64,000 bases of DNA from an uncultured delta proteobacterium (GCA_963745835.1 CAVUZH010000008.1:1-64000); one strand, 5' to 3'. Counted from the first letter of the stretch, positions 10,260-20,591 are shown. Program-made: numbers and translations. Notes: generated from the sequence alone by a model not told the origin.

Positions 10260-10588
10260 CCGCGTCTACCGTGAACCAGCCGGCCGGCAAGGAGTTATTT
10301 TTATCTGCGTGCCGTGCCGGCCATCTCATCTTAGCATGTGATCAACAAGCGCATGCACGCGCTTTCGATAATGCTGTACACCTCCAGTGAACACTGATCT
10401 GACGAATCGCGGCGGGTAACTGATAGTTTGTAATTCTCCCAATCCAAGGTTCTCTCATTTTTGACTGACCGGGACAAAGCGCATCGAATGATACGGCCGG
10501 TCATTATTTGTGTACGAGCTTCAGCATGCGGAAGATCGGCTTTCAGCCGCGGCGATAAAAGCTTAGAATCCTGGGTCAGGAGAATTCC

Positions 10589-11275
10589 ATGATCCGTTTC
10601 TCTCTCGTCTATTTACGCCAGTGGTTTTTGATACTGCTGGCTTTCGGTGGCGTCATCTCCCTCGGCTTGGCCGCAAGCCCCACACCCGGGCTCACGGTGC
10701 GCGGATCCGGGGTAATTTTGTATTCAGGGCAGGATACCGATTCTCTTCGGCTTACAACATTACAAAAAGACGACCCGCTGACGTTGCTTGCCGAAGCGGT
10801 GGGAAACGAAACGTGGTACATGGTACGAACGCGCCAAGGCTTGATTGGTTGGCTGCGCGCCTCCGACGCGATCCTAAACGAAACAGTAAAAAGAGATTTT
10901 TCGCAAGAGCTCCTCTCGACATCGACGTGGAGTGCCCAAGCGGGCCAAGGCCCCACCTACGGCGGTACTTGGGCCGTGGAGCAGCAATCATCAGCCACCG
11001 CGGCCGCCGGCACTTGGACGTTGCAGGATGCCGGCGGAACAACCATCTTTAGCGGTAGGTGGTCGGCAGAAAAATTTTCCACGGGTTGGAACGGTGTGTG
11101 GCGCGCTCACAGCCGGGAATCAAAAGTGGAATACAGCGGCAGTTGGTCCGCCGATCTTCCGCACGATGCGCCCCCCTTCAATGAGTTGTTCGAAGCCGCT
11201 GCACGCAATGCCGTTCGCGGCGTCTGGACGGGCGGAAGTCAAGCCGGGACATGGTCGATCCGGGCAGCAAGTTGA
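10589..11275 (+). CDS. exported SH3b-domain protein with C-terminal G-x-W repeat domain
   Basis: Signal peptide; SH3-like WYMVRTRQGLIGWL; repeated GTW/GRW/GVW/GSW; RBS AGGAG. Confidence 0.75.
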   Translation: MIRFSLVYLRQWFLILLAFGGVISLGLAASPTPGLTVRGSGVILYSGQDTDSLRLTTLQKDDPLTLLAEAVGNETWYMVRTRQGLIGWLRASDAILNETVKRDFSQELLSTSTWSAQAGQGPTYGGTWAVEQQSSATAAAGTWTLQDAGGTTIFSGRWSAEKFSTGWNGVWRAHSRESKVEYSGSWSADLPHDAPPFNELFEAAARNAVRGVWTGGSQAGTWSIRAAS

Positions 11276-11334
11276 TGATGTTAGGCAAGCATCTTGCGAT
11301 GCAATTCGAATCTCGATCCGCTAGTCGTCAATTG

Positions 11335-11535
11335 ATTCAATCGGCGTTACAACTTTTAGCCGGCCGGCATCGATAGCTTTCCAAGATGATGCTACGCAGT
11401 TCGGCGCCTGAGATTGGGCCGATATTCAGCGTGGATCGCTCGGCCTCCGCAATCAATTCCGGATCGCGCAAAGTTTTCTGAAACGCCGCCTCATGTCTTC
11501 ACACGATCCTGCGGCACTCACGGTGGCGCCGAGCG
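11335..11535 (-). pseudogene. remnant of a TctC/Bug (tripartite tricarboxylate transporter) binding protein C-terminus
   Basis: Minus-strand read APP*VPQDRVKT.../AAFQKTLRDPELIAEAERSTLNIGPISGAELRSII, with a stop and a frameshift; no N-terminal part. Confidence 0.6.
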
Positions 11536-11644
11536 TTTTGACCGAGCGCTTCATCGAGCAGCATCGCGCCTTTTCCAATCGATATTAGGAACGGAACGGC
11601 GCCGACCGTATCTGCTTGCCGCCCTGTCATGATTGACTGCTGGG

Positions 11645-12322
11645 TTACAGGCTAGGGTTGCACGTACGAATATGACCAATTTCAATCATTGCGAGATACG
11701 CTCGACAAATGTGTGCGAGTCCCATAACCGGACCAAAGTGCTTTTCGAAATTTTTTAGGGTTGCGTCCTGCTCTTCAGGCGAAAAAGATGCGCTGCAATC
11801 CGACAAAAACACCACTTTGAAGTATCGCATGGCCCCGTCGCGGGCCGTGCTGTCGCAGCATACGTTGGTGGTGACGCCGGTGATCGCGATGGTATCGCGG
11901 CCCAGCGCGCGCAGCAGATTCTCCAATTGCGTGCCGTAAAAGCCGCTATAGCGAAACTTCTTGACCACGATATCGTCCTGCGTCGGCTTCAGCGGCTCAT
12001 AGATTTCCGCGCCTGGCGTGCCCTGGAAATTGCTCCATTGATTATCGGCATCATGGGTCTGCGGTTTGATATCGGCAAAGATGCCGCCCCCGGCCAAATC
12101 TTTGCGTTTGCTCGTATGCAGGTAAACCACAGGAATTTTTCGATTTCGACAATATCGCAGCAGTTCTTGGATCTTCGGAACAATATCTTATCTTCCGAGC
12201 TCGGCAGATAACGAGCGCCGCGCGGATGCACCCAGATATTTTGCATATAGACGACCACGACCGCGGTATTCGCCCGGAGTGAATTTCCAGAAATCCGCCG
12301 GGCGGCTTTGCGTCTCGTGCAT
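11645..12322 (-). pseudogene. isochorismatase/cysteine hydrolase pseudogene
   Basis: RBS AAGGAG + ATG 12322; pieces in three frames (MHETQSRPADFWKFTP / TAVVVVYMQNIWV / IVPKIQELL...KFRYSGF...GVTTNVCCDST); DMQN->YMQN; 5-bp duplication (GAAGATAAGAT); aberrant C-terminus. Confidence 0.8.
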
Positions 12323-12573
12323 AGCGCAACTCCTTGTAAAGCTCGGGGATGATGAAAAGCATATCGCAGACGTGATTTCGTCTCTCAACGTGCTTGCGAA
12401 GCCGAGAACCGATTGACAACTCGTCAATTAAAGAAATAAATCAACATGTACTTTATTCGATAAGTAAGCCGGAGAATCGTTAGTCATACGGCTCCAAAAT
12501 TCGGTCTGAATTATCTTGCATGATCCAAGATGCAGTAGGGTTAACGTTAGAACCTGCAATGAGGGAGAACAGT

Positions 12574-14115
12574 ATGTTTTCGTTATCAACAAAAGTTCTT
12601 GTGCGACTTCATGTTGCAATTATAACCGCAGTATTGGCAACCGGCTTCAGCTTCCCGGCAGGAACCGCTGAAACATCAAACGACCCTAAACGAACTGCTT
12701 TCGAAACCATCGACAGAAACGCCGAACAGATCGCCACGGTCGGCGACGTGCTCTACTACTTCGGCGAGCCGGGAATGCAGGAACATGAGAGCTCAAAGTA
12801 TCTAAAAGAGACCCTGGAAGGCGCCGGATTTAAGGTTGAGCTTGGGGGCGCCGGCATGCCGACGAACGTATGGGCGACATGGGGTTCCGGTAATCCTGTG
12901 ATCGCGATCGTGACCGAGATGGATGCTCTTCCCGAGGGTTCGCAGACTCCCGGAAGCATCCCGCGCAAACCGCTGGTGGAAGGCGCTCCCGGCCACATGG
13001 AGGGGCATAATGTGATGGCTGCGGTGGCGGTCGGCGCTGCGCACGCGGTCAAGAGAACCATGGAGCAGCATAAAATCCCCGGGAGCATCGTGGTATCGAT
13101 CGGTCCCGCCGAAGAACAGCTGATGAGCCGTCCCTATTTAGTTCGCGACGGCTACTTCAAGAACGTCGATGCCGCGGTCTTGACGCATATCGCCGACAGC
13201 TCAGCCACGGGTTACGGCTTGCAGAATTATGCGCTAATCGGCGCCAAGTTCACCTTCAAAGGCCGCACCGCGCATGGCGGTGTAAATCCGTGGGACGGCA
13301 AAGACGCAGTTGACGCCGTGGTTCTAATGGATATCGGCTTCGACAAGCTGCGTGAGCATTTACGCCCGACCTATCGCGGGCACCGCACGATCACCAATGG
13401 CGGCGTGCAGCCCAACATCATCCCCGACTCGGGTCAGATCTGGTGGTTCGTTCGCGATGCAACCGGCCCCTGGGCGAAAGAGAATTTCGATAAATTAGTG
13501 AACATCGGCCGCGGCGCGGCGCTGATGACCGACACCACCATGGAAATGGAACCGTTCGGAGCAGCCTGGCCATCGCTCGGCAACAAAGCAATCGCCGAAG
13601 CGATTCAAAAAAATATCGAAATCGCCGGCGTACCCAAGTGGACCGAAGAGGAGCACAAATTCGCTCGGGAGCTGCAGAAATTGCTAAACAAAAAGGAAGA
13701 GGGCCTGGCGACGAAAGTGGCGCCGCTCAGCGCTTCCAGACAGAACAGTTCGTCGAACGATATCGGCGACATCACCTGGGTTGTGCCCTCGGCAACAGTT
13801 CGCTTCCCGTCCGCCATACCCGGAGTTCAAGCGCACCACTGGACGGCGGGAATTGCCCCGACCATGTCGATCGCGCACAAGGGCGCGCTGGTCGGAGCAA
13901 AAGTAATGGCGGCTTCGGTTCTCGACCTGCTCACTTCGGCTGAACTTTTAGCCGCCGCCAAAAAGCAATTTGAACAGGACACCAAAGACACCAAATACTT
14001 CTCGCTGCTCCCGCCAGGAGCCAAACCGCCGCTCGATCTGAACAAGGATATTATGGATAGGTACCGGCCGGCGATGCGCAAATTCTATCTAAATAAGAAA
14101 GCGCAGTTCAAATAG
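12574..14115 (+). CDS. M20D amidohydrolase (AbgB-like) with signal peptide
   Basis: EPGMQEHESS, EMDALP, GHMEGHN, PAEE, AHHW; RBS GAGGGAG before ATG 12574. Confidence 0.9.
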   Translation: MFSLSTKVLVRLHVAIITAVLATGFSFPAGTAETSNDPKRTAFETIDRNAEQIATVGDVLYYFGEPGMQEHESSKYLKETLEGAGFKVELGGAGMPTNVWATWGSGNPVIAIVTEMDALPEGSQTPGSIPRKPLVEGAPGHMEGHNVMAAVAVGAAHAVKRTMEQHKIPGSIVVSIGPAEEQLMSRPYLVRDGYFKNVDAAVLTHIADSSATGYGLQNYALIGAKFTFKGRTAHGGVNPWDGKDAVDAVVLMDIGFDKLREHLRPTYRGHRTITNGGVQPNIIPDSGQIWWFVRDATGPWAKENFDKLVNIGRGAALMTDTTMEMEPFGAAWPSLGNKAIAEAIQKNIEIAGVPKWTEEEHKFARELQKLLNKKEEGLATKVAPLSASRQNSSSNDIGDITWVVPSATVRFPSAIPGVQAHHWTAGIAPTMSIAHKGALVGAKVMAASVLDLLTSAELLAAAKKQFEQDTKDTKYFSLLPPGAKPPLDLNKDIMDRYRPAMRKFYLNKKAQFK

Positions 14116-14235
14116 AGCGTATAAAAACAGAAGAGGGTTCCATATAACAGAGATCACAGAAGACGGAGAGGTTTAGATCACAAGAAAGACGCCCGTGATC
14201 ACACAAAGCCCGGGCTAAGCGACGGAACTAGACCA

Positions 14236-14317
14236 CCGCACCACGGAGCGCACGAAGGACACGACGGGTCTCCAAATCGAACCCCTTGAATTTCTGCTTC
14301 GTTCTTTTGTGGTGAAA
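14236..14317. repeat. degenerate 9-bp-period palindromic intergenic element
   Basis: CACCACGGAGCGCACGAAGGACACGA ... CTTCGTTCTTTTGTGGTG inverted arms between convergent genes. Confidence 0.5.
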
Positions 14318-14350
14318 TCAAATAGACACGACCCAGTTCCTGCACAGTCT

Positions 14351-14662
14351 TCAGGTTTTAAAATCCGGATACCCCGCTTTGGCCGCCTTGGCCTTATAGT
14401 CGGCGACGAGCTCTTCCCGCGGTTTGTCATGGACCCATACGGCTTCAGTAAAGCTCCAGAGCGTGAACGGGTGCGCGCCCAAAGCGTAGAGCTTGCCATA
14501 GTCTTTTGTTGCCAATGCTTCGCGTTCTTCAGGTGTAAACTTCAGCTTCTGACCCTTCTCCCACTTATCGACAAATGCGCGCGGGTTGCTCGTGTAGTCG
14601 TCTTCCATCGCCTGGTTCATGTTTACCTGATGAATGAGTTTGTTCATGAGGTACTTGCTCAT
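14351..14662 (-). CDS. LigA-like small subunit of an extradiol dioxygenase
   Basis: MSKYLMNKL..., FTPEEREALATKDYGKLYALGAHPFTLW; lies downstream of a LigB-family gene. Confidence 0.8.
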   Translation of the reverse strand: MSKYLMNKLIHQVNMNQAMEDDYTSNPRAFVDKWEKGQKLKFTPEEREALATKDYGKLYALGAHPFTLWSFTEAVWVHDKPREELVADYKAKAAKAGYPDFKT

Positions 14663-14671
14663 AAATTTCTC

Positions 14672-14944
14672 CTACGCTTTGAATAACGTCCAAAGCCCGA
14701 TACCGATAAAACCGACTCCGGCAACATACTGCAGTGTTTTCTCACTGACATACTGCGACACGATCGAGCCAGCGGCAACGCCGATGGCCGAGGTCAGGAC
14801 GAGCGCCAACGCCGCGCCAGCAAAAACGGTCAATTTGCTGCTGTCTTTATCGGCGGCAAACAACATCGTGGCAAGCTGGGTCTTGTCGCCCAACTCGGCG
14901 ATAAAGACTGAGGTAAATACCGTCGTTAGAATCTTTAGATCCAT
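14672..14944 (-). CDS. TMEM165/GDT1 (UPF0016) family cation transporter, single-repeat form
   Basis: FIAELGDKTQLAT signature; 3 TM segments. Confidence 0.93.
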   Translation of the reverse strand: MDLKILTTVFTSVFIAELGDKTQLATMLFAADKDSSKLTVFAGAALALVLTSAIGVAAGSIVSQYVSEKTLQYVAGVGFIGIGLWTLFKA

Positions 14945-14965
14945 CAGCACTTCCCTCGAACTTAC

Positions 14966-15817
14966 TCAACCGCTCGGTTGCTGATCCCAACTAAAAAACG
15001 GGATCGCCGGGAAACCCGCATCGAGCCCTTCGGCGTAGGACGGTTTGCTGTTGTTGGCAACGCCCATCATCATCAAAAAATTTAGAAAGCCCATGGTCAT
15101 ATTGCCGGCTCGGAGCATGCGCTCCGGCGTACAAAAATCGGCGGCACTTTGGATGTCACCGTTTTCAATCCAACCAACGGCATTGCCATCGAACTCGGGA
15201 TCCTGCAGTTTGCGCTCGAATTGCTTGGGCCCGCCGACCTCCAAAGACAAGTGCCCGCTTACCAAAACGCCGACCCGTTTACTGGTCGGCAGGCTGTCGA
15301 TTGCCGCTCGAATGGCTTTGCCGACTTCGTAGAAACGTTTCGGTCGCGGCAACGGTGGTGCGATGCAATTGGTCAAGATCGGCACTATTGGAATATCCAT
15401 TTCCGGCCGCACAAATAACATCGGAACTATGATGGAATGATCAATGGTCAATTCATTGGAATAAGCGAAGTCGACACCGCGGTCGAAGGCGCCTTCCATA
15501 ATAGCCTCGGACACATCGGGGTCGCCGGGCAATTTACAAGTAGGCAAGCCGAATTCGCGGATTTCGTCATAGAACGTCCCGTCATACTGGTCCATTTTGC
15601 CGATCATGAAGGCCGGCATATTGTCCATAAAGAATTGGTGTAAATGGTCGTTACCGATGGTTATCAGCACGTCAGGCTTGGCATCGGTTAGTTTCTGACG
15701 CATCATTGCGATCCGCTCCTTGACCTTCGCGGCGCCCGGCGGTTGTTGCGGTTGTTGGAAGAGCCGCGGCATAAATGGATTATGAGTGATGCCAATGATC
15801 GTAGCGATCTGAGCCAT
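14966..15817 (-). CDS. LigB-family extradiol ring-cleavage dioxygenase
   Basis: GITHNPF, GNDHLHQFFMDNMPAF, IDHS, SGHLS; RBS AGGAGG. Confidence 0.9.
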   Translation of the reverse strand: MAQIATIIGITHNPFMPRLFQQPQQPPGAAKVKERIAMMRQKLTDAKPDVLITIGNDHLHQFFMDNMPAFMIGKMDQYDGTFYDEIREFGLPTCKLPGDPDVSEAIMEGAFDRGVDFAYSNELTIDHSIIVPMLFVRPEMDIPIVPILTNCIAPPLPRPKRFYEVGKAIRAAIDSLPTSKRVGVLVSGHLSLEVGGPKQFERKLQDPEFDGNAVGWIENGDIQSAADFCTPERMLRAGNMTMGFLNFLMMMGVANNSKPSYAEGLDAGFPAIPFFSWDQQPSG

Positions 15818-15971
15818 GACTTACCTCCTACTGTAATCTTATTCGTGTTTACACGGCTAATTTGCGGCTGTAAATGGGAGCATTGATGTGCTTCATGCAT
15901 CATCGGCTCCGGCTGAAAGGTTTTAAATTTGGAAACGATTAGGAGCGCTCCCCGATAGATTCTAATCTCTA

Positions 15972-17015
15972 TCAACTCGCCGTCGGATCCAGAATGACTT
16001 TTCCTACGATCTGATTTCTTTCAACGATCCGGTGCGCCTGAGCCGCATCGCGCAAAGGCATCGTTCGGTCGATGATCGCGCGAATCTTTCGCCGCTCGGC
16101 GGCGTCAAGCGCCTTGTAGACGTCCGGCACATTGGTACCCGCGGTGCCGACGATGCGCAGGCGGCGCATGTACAAACGCTTCATATCTAGCATTACCGTT
16201 CCGCCGCCATGGGCGCCGGCGGTGACCATGGTGCCGTTAATCGCGAGACTGTTAAATGCACTAGGCCAGAGCGTCGGGTCAGAGATGTTTTCGCAAACTA
16301 CGTCGACGCCTTCGTTGCCGGTGAGGTTCATGACTTCTGTAAGCAAATCCTGACGACGATAGTTGATGCCGAAGTCGGCGCCGTAGCTTTTTGCCAGCTC
16401 GACTCTTTCGTCCGCGCCGGCGCCGGCGATGACTCTCGCGCCCAGCATTTTGGCCACTTGAACGCAGCAATTACCCAGCGCGCCGGTAGCACCCATGACT
16501 AACACCCATTCGCCGGCTTTGACGTTGGCTTTGCTCGTCAACTGATTGAATGCCATCGGAAAGTGGCGCACGATCACGCTGCCATGCGCGTATGAGACGG
16601 TGTCCGGCAACTTGAATGCGTTGGCGGCGGGGACGGCAACGTAATCCGCATAACCGCCCCAACGGTGCAGCCCGATGTGTTGGCTGGCAACACAGCAGGC
16701 CTCTTCGCCTTTTAGACATTGCTTGCATTGACGGCAGGCCATGAAGGAAACGACCGCCACACGATCGCCGATTTTGAAGCCATCGACGCCCTCGCCTATA
16801 CCAACGATTTCGCCGGCGGGATCGACACCGAGCACGTGCGGCATCATGATTTTAACCGGATACTTACCGGCGCGAACAACCAGATCCAACGTCCGGTTGA
16901 CCGAAACCGAATGGACTTTCAGTAAAACCTCGCCCCCGGCAGGCCTTGGAACCGAAACCTCTTGGTAGCGCAAAACCTCCGGACCGCCGAATTCGTTGAG
17001 CACGATCGCTTTCAT
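15972..17015 (-). CDS. zinc-binding MDR dehydrogenase/quinone oxidoreductase
   Basis: FGGPEVL, PHVLGVD, CRQCKQC...C structural Zn, GATGALG. Confidence 0.93.
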   Translation of the reverse strand: MKAIVLNEFGGPEVLRYQEVSVPRPAGGEVLLKVHSVSVNRTLDLVVRAGKYPVKIMMPHVLGVDPAGEIVGIGEGVDGFKIGDRVAVVSFMACRQCKQCLKGEEACCVASQHIGLHRWGGYADYVAVPAANAFKLPDTVSYAHGSVIVRHFPMAFNQLTSKANVKAGEWVLVMGATGALGNCCVQVAKMLGARVIAGAGADERVELAKSYGADFGINYRRQDLLTEVMNLTGNEGVDVVCENISDPTLWPSAFNSLAINGTMVTAGAHGGGTVMLDMKRLYMRRLRIVGTAGTNVPDVYKALDAAERRKIRAIIDRTMPLRDAAQAHRIVERNQIVGKVILDPTAS

Positions 17016-17246
17016 TGCTTCATTTAATCTGCCTTCTCGATCCTAACTGCCGAACGAAAAACAGCGGCTGAGGCGTGTTCGCTCGGTTGTTTTTCCCGGC
17101 ATCCACCATTTGGATTCTGGATCTACTAAGCGACCCGATCAAGGCGAGGACCGGGTCAGATCGTCCATTTAGCTAAACAGACGAGCTGATTCCAAGCGCT
17201 CGCTAAACGGCATCTAGCGTTCTACCGGTAGGCCTTACTCGTTCCT

Positions 17247-18225
17247 TTAGCGAGATATCGATTTGAAGAAACCGCTCTTTTCCAGCTCTGTGTAGAATGT
17301 TGACTCGATAAAATCTTCCGGTTTGAAATTTTTTGCCTTTGAGTCTTTCTCGGCGAGTTGCGTCAGAATAGTTTCCACCGCCTTGTACGGCAGTTCGGGA
17401 GGCCGTTCGACAAACGTGGTGGCAAAACTGTAGGCGGCGGCGAGCGCCTCGCGGTCGTTTGTCTTGGTATATTTGCCGATAACCTTCATGGCGAGCTCTT
17501 TATCTTGGTACAGGCGCTCGGTCCCTTCGCTATAGGCCATCAGAAAACGCCGCACCGTCTGAGGATCTTTCTTGATATACGAGCGGGTTGAAACAAGACT
17601 TACAGTGGGATAGTCCAGGCCGACGCTTTTGAAGTCCACCAACATCTGAAAGCCCGCTTTCATCGCATTATAATTGGCCGGCGACGAGAGCACTCCCGCT
17701 TGAACGGCACCGGCAACCATGCCGGCGACGATCTGCGGCTGCCCTCCCATTTGCAGAATTCTAACGTCGCTTGTCGGGCTCCATTCCGAGCTTCTTGATG
17801 AGGTAACGAATCGAAAAGTCCGTTGATGAACCGAATGTCGTAATCCCTACCGTTTTTCCTTTGAGATCCTCCGGCCGCTTGATTGAAGAATGCACGAAAA
17901 TATAAAACGAGGGCACGTTGACACAGCCACCAAAAATGGCAATGTCGCCGCCTGCCAAATTTGCATTGACCACCGTTCCACCGGCCAAGGCGACGGGGAA
18001 CTCACCGGCTATCACTGCTTGAGCGACTTTGGTTCCGGAGGCGACATAAACCGGATCCACGAACAGGCCATGTTTTTCGAACAGCCCGGCTTCTTTGGTT
18101 ATGTAGAAAGCTGATTGCGACGCGCTGACTGCACTATAAGCGACAGGGATACGCTTCGTCTGCGCATAAAGGGTGGTGTGCAGCAAAATCAACACAAAAA
18201 GCGCGAGCGTCGAAATTGATTTCAT
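17247..18225 (-). CDS. NitT/TauT (NMT1/THI5-like) SBP, split by one frameshift near 17768
   Basis: ORFs 17761-18225 and 17247-17750 join (PDK/DVRILQMGG) if one base is removed. Confidence 0.85.
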
Positions 18226-18308
18226 AGACCCTTCCTCGTTTCGGGGTTACAGCTTAATCATGCGGCTCTTAACATATAAAAAAGAATAGGCCAACAGTCG
18301 TACGGTCG

Positions 18309-18337
18309 TTGACATTCGATAATGGGAACGATATCAG
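18309..18337 (+). promoter_or_regulatory. putative sigma-70 promoter of LVIVD operon
   Basis: TTGACA-N17-TATCAG. Confidence 0.5.
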
Positions 18338-18392
18338 TTCCAGGCGCGATGTCTCATTCTCAATTCATCTGCCCACGAGAGGTCCAGATCCC

Positions 18393-19586
18393 ATGAACGT
18401 CGCTGACATCCAGGCGAAGAGTGAATGTTGGAATGTCCGTCTAATCGGCCATCATGATCTGAACGGTCATGGCGACGGCATGCAGCTGCTCAAGAATGGT
18501 CGCTACGTCTACATTGCTCATCTCGGAACTTCGCCGATGGCGCTGAGCATCGTGGATGCGGCTGATCCGTCGCATCCAAAAGTGGTGCGCCAGATGCCGC
18601 ATCCACCCAACACGCATGCCCACAAGGTGCAAATCGCCGGCGATATTTTGATTCAGAATCAAGAGCGTCCTTATTTCGATAGAAATCTTCCCGCCGATGT
18701 TCCCAACGAAGCCGGCATCCGCATCTATAACATTGCTAATCCCACTGAACCGCGCGAGATCGGTTATCTCAAGCTGCCTGGAAAAGGCGTGCACCGCATG
18801 TGGTTCACCGACGGCAAGTACGCTCATGTCGCCGCAATGTTGCCGGGCATCAAAGAACGAGCTTATTTAATTGCCGATATTTCCGATCCATCCAATCCAA
18901 AGCAGGCCGGTGTCTGGTGGATTCCCGGAACGAAACAAGGCGAAGAGACACCGCCGGATTGGTCACCGTTTGCCGGCGAGCACTTTCACGTGCATGGCGC
19001 TATTCCGCACGGCGATCGGTCGTATGTCGCACTGGTCGATGCCGGGATGGCAATTTTAGATATCTCCGATATCAGCAAACCGAGAACCATCAGCCATATC
19101 GACTGGAGCCCGCCATTTGGTGGGTATGCCCACACGACCCTGCCGCTGCCCGGAAGAAAGCTTGTCGTCGCCGTCGATGAATCGGTGAAATACGATTGCA
19201 ATGAGGGAGAAAAACGCGTCTGGTTGATCGACGTGCGCGAGGAGCGAAATCCGGTTATTGTTAGCACCTGCCCGGTGCCGGAAGGCGATTTTTGCAAGCG
19301 CGGGCTCCGATTCGGCCCGCACAACGCTCATGAGAATCGACCCGGCTCGTTTCAAAGCGAAAAGCTTATTTTCATTACCTACTACAATGCTGGCTTGCGC
19401 ATCTTCGACATTCGAAACCAATACCGCCCCGAAGAAATTGGCTTTTTTATTCCGCCTGCGCCCGAGGGGCAGAAGGCGCCGATGTTCAACGATCTTTATG
19501 TCGATGCCGGGGGGCTAATCTACGTGACCGACCGAATGACCGGCGGACTATATATATTGGAATATACCGGGCCCGCGATTCAGTGA
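18393..19586 (+). CDS. LVIVD-repeat beta-propeller protein
   Basis: LSIVDAADP, IRIYNIANP, MAILDISD, LRIFDIRN repeats; FGPHNAHENRP. Confidence 0.9.
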   Translation: MNVADIQAKSECWNVRLIGHHDLNGHGDGMQLLKNGRYVYIAHLGTSPMALSIVDAADPSHPKVVRQMPHPPNTHAHKVQIAGDILIQNQERPYFDRNLPADVPNEAGIRIYNIANPTEPREIGYLKLPGKGVHRMWFTDGKYAHVAAMLPGIKERAYLIADISDPSNPKQAGVWWIPGTKQGEETPPDWSPFAGEHFHVHGAIPHGDRSYVALVDAGMAILDISDISKPRTISHIDWSPPFGGYAHTTLPLPGRKLVVAVDESVKYDCNEGEKRVWLIDVREERNPVIVSTCPVPEGDFCKRGLRFGPHNAHENRPGSFQSEKLIFITYYNAGLRIFDIRNQYRPEEIGFFIPPAPEGQKAPMFNDLYVDAGGLIYVTDRMTGGLYILEYTGPAIQ

Positions 19587-19665
19587 GAGCGGTCCTCGCT
19601 TACCGGTTCTGCACTCGCTGCAGATCCAGTTGAATGACGAATTGTAATCAGGAGTAACTCTTCCT

Positions 19666-20547
19666 ATGTCCGATCATCTAATTGTAAATGTTTTCAACCT
19701 CGATGCCGGCTTGATCGTTGCGCGCGCCAAAGGCATTTTCGCCGCCGCCGGACTCGAAGTCAATGTCATGGTAACGCCCAATTCGACCGATCAGATGCGC
19801 GGTCTCAGCCTTGGCTCATGGCAGATTGTTTCCACGGCATTCGACAACGTGCTCGGCTGGTCGGGACGCGAGGGAGCGGAGATCGTCGCCATCGCCCAAG
19901 TCGCTCAGGGTATTACCTTACCGGTTTACGTCCGCCCGGAAATCAAAAGCTGGGAAGAGTTGCGCGGTAAGCCACTCGCCGTGGATGCCGTGGACACAGC
20001 TTACGCACTAGTTCTCCGGCGTATTTTGCTGGCCCACGGCCTTGAAATGGAACGCGGCGATTATACTTTACTACCCAAGGGCGCCACGGGGCATCGGCTG
20101 GAATCGATGAACCAGGGAGAATCATTTGCAGGAGTTTTAAATCCGCCATGGGATGCGAAGGCAGACGCGGCAGGCATGAAACGGTTCGCAGATCAGCGCG
20201 AAATCCTTCCCAACTACCCTGGCGGTGTTTTCGCGGTTAACCGTAAATGGGCCAATGATAATCGCGCCATTCTGATCAAGTATCTGGCTGCTTGGGATCA
20301 GGGTCTCCGCTGGGCGCAGGATGTAAAAAACCGTGACGAGGCGATCGAGCTGATTGCGGAAGCCGAGAAGATGGACGAAAAAAATGCGGCCAATCGTTTG
20401 CGCCAGCTCGCGAGCGACGGCCGATTGAACCTGGCGGGGCTTCAAACAGTTCTGGATCTGCGCGTGCAATTCGGCCTCACTCCGCCGATGGGAAAAGATT
20501 TGCCCAAGTATTATGACGAGAGTTTTTATAATCAGACGTCTAAATAA
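19666..20547 (+). CDS. NitT/TauT SBP-fold protein lacking a signal peptide
   Basis: GIFAAAGLEV, ELRGKPLAVDA; N-terminus MSDHLIVNVF not signal-like; RBS AGGAG. Confidence 0.85.
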   Translation: MSDHLIVNVFNLDAGLIVARAKGIFAAAGLEVNVMVTPNSTDQMRGLSLGSWQIVSTAFDNVLGWSGREGAEIVAIAQVAQGITLPVYVRPEIKSWEELRGKPLAVDAVDTAYALVLRRILLAHGLEMERGDYTLLPKGATGHRLESMNQGESFAGVLNPPWDAKADAAGMKRFADQREILPNYPGGVFAVNRKWANDNRAILIKYLAAWDQGLRWAQDVKNRDEAIELIAEAEKMDEKNAANRLRQLASDGRLNLAGLQTVLDLRVQFGLTPPMGKDLPKYYDESFYNQTSK

Positions 20548-20591
20548 CAAGCGCTCCGCAGAAGGTTAGACCGAAAGCATAGGAGGTTTAG

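Noticed and set aside
11282-11298. AGGCAA-N5-TTGC sigma-54-like motif
   Set aside because: Weak -24 box and no downstream + strand gene
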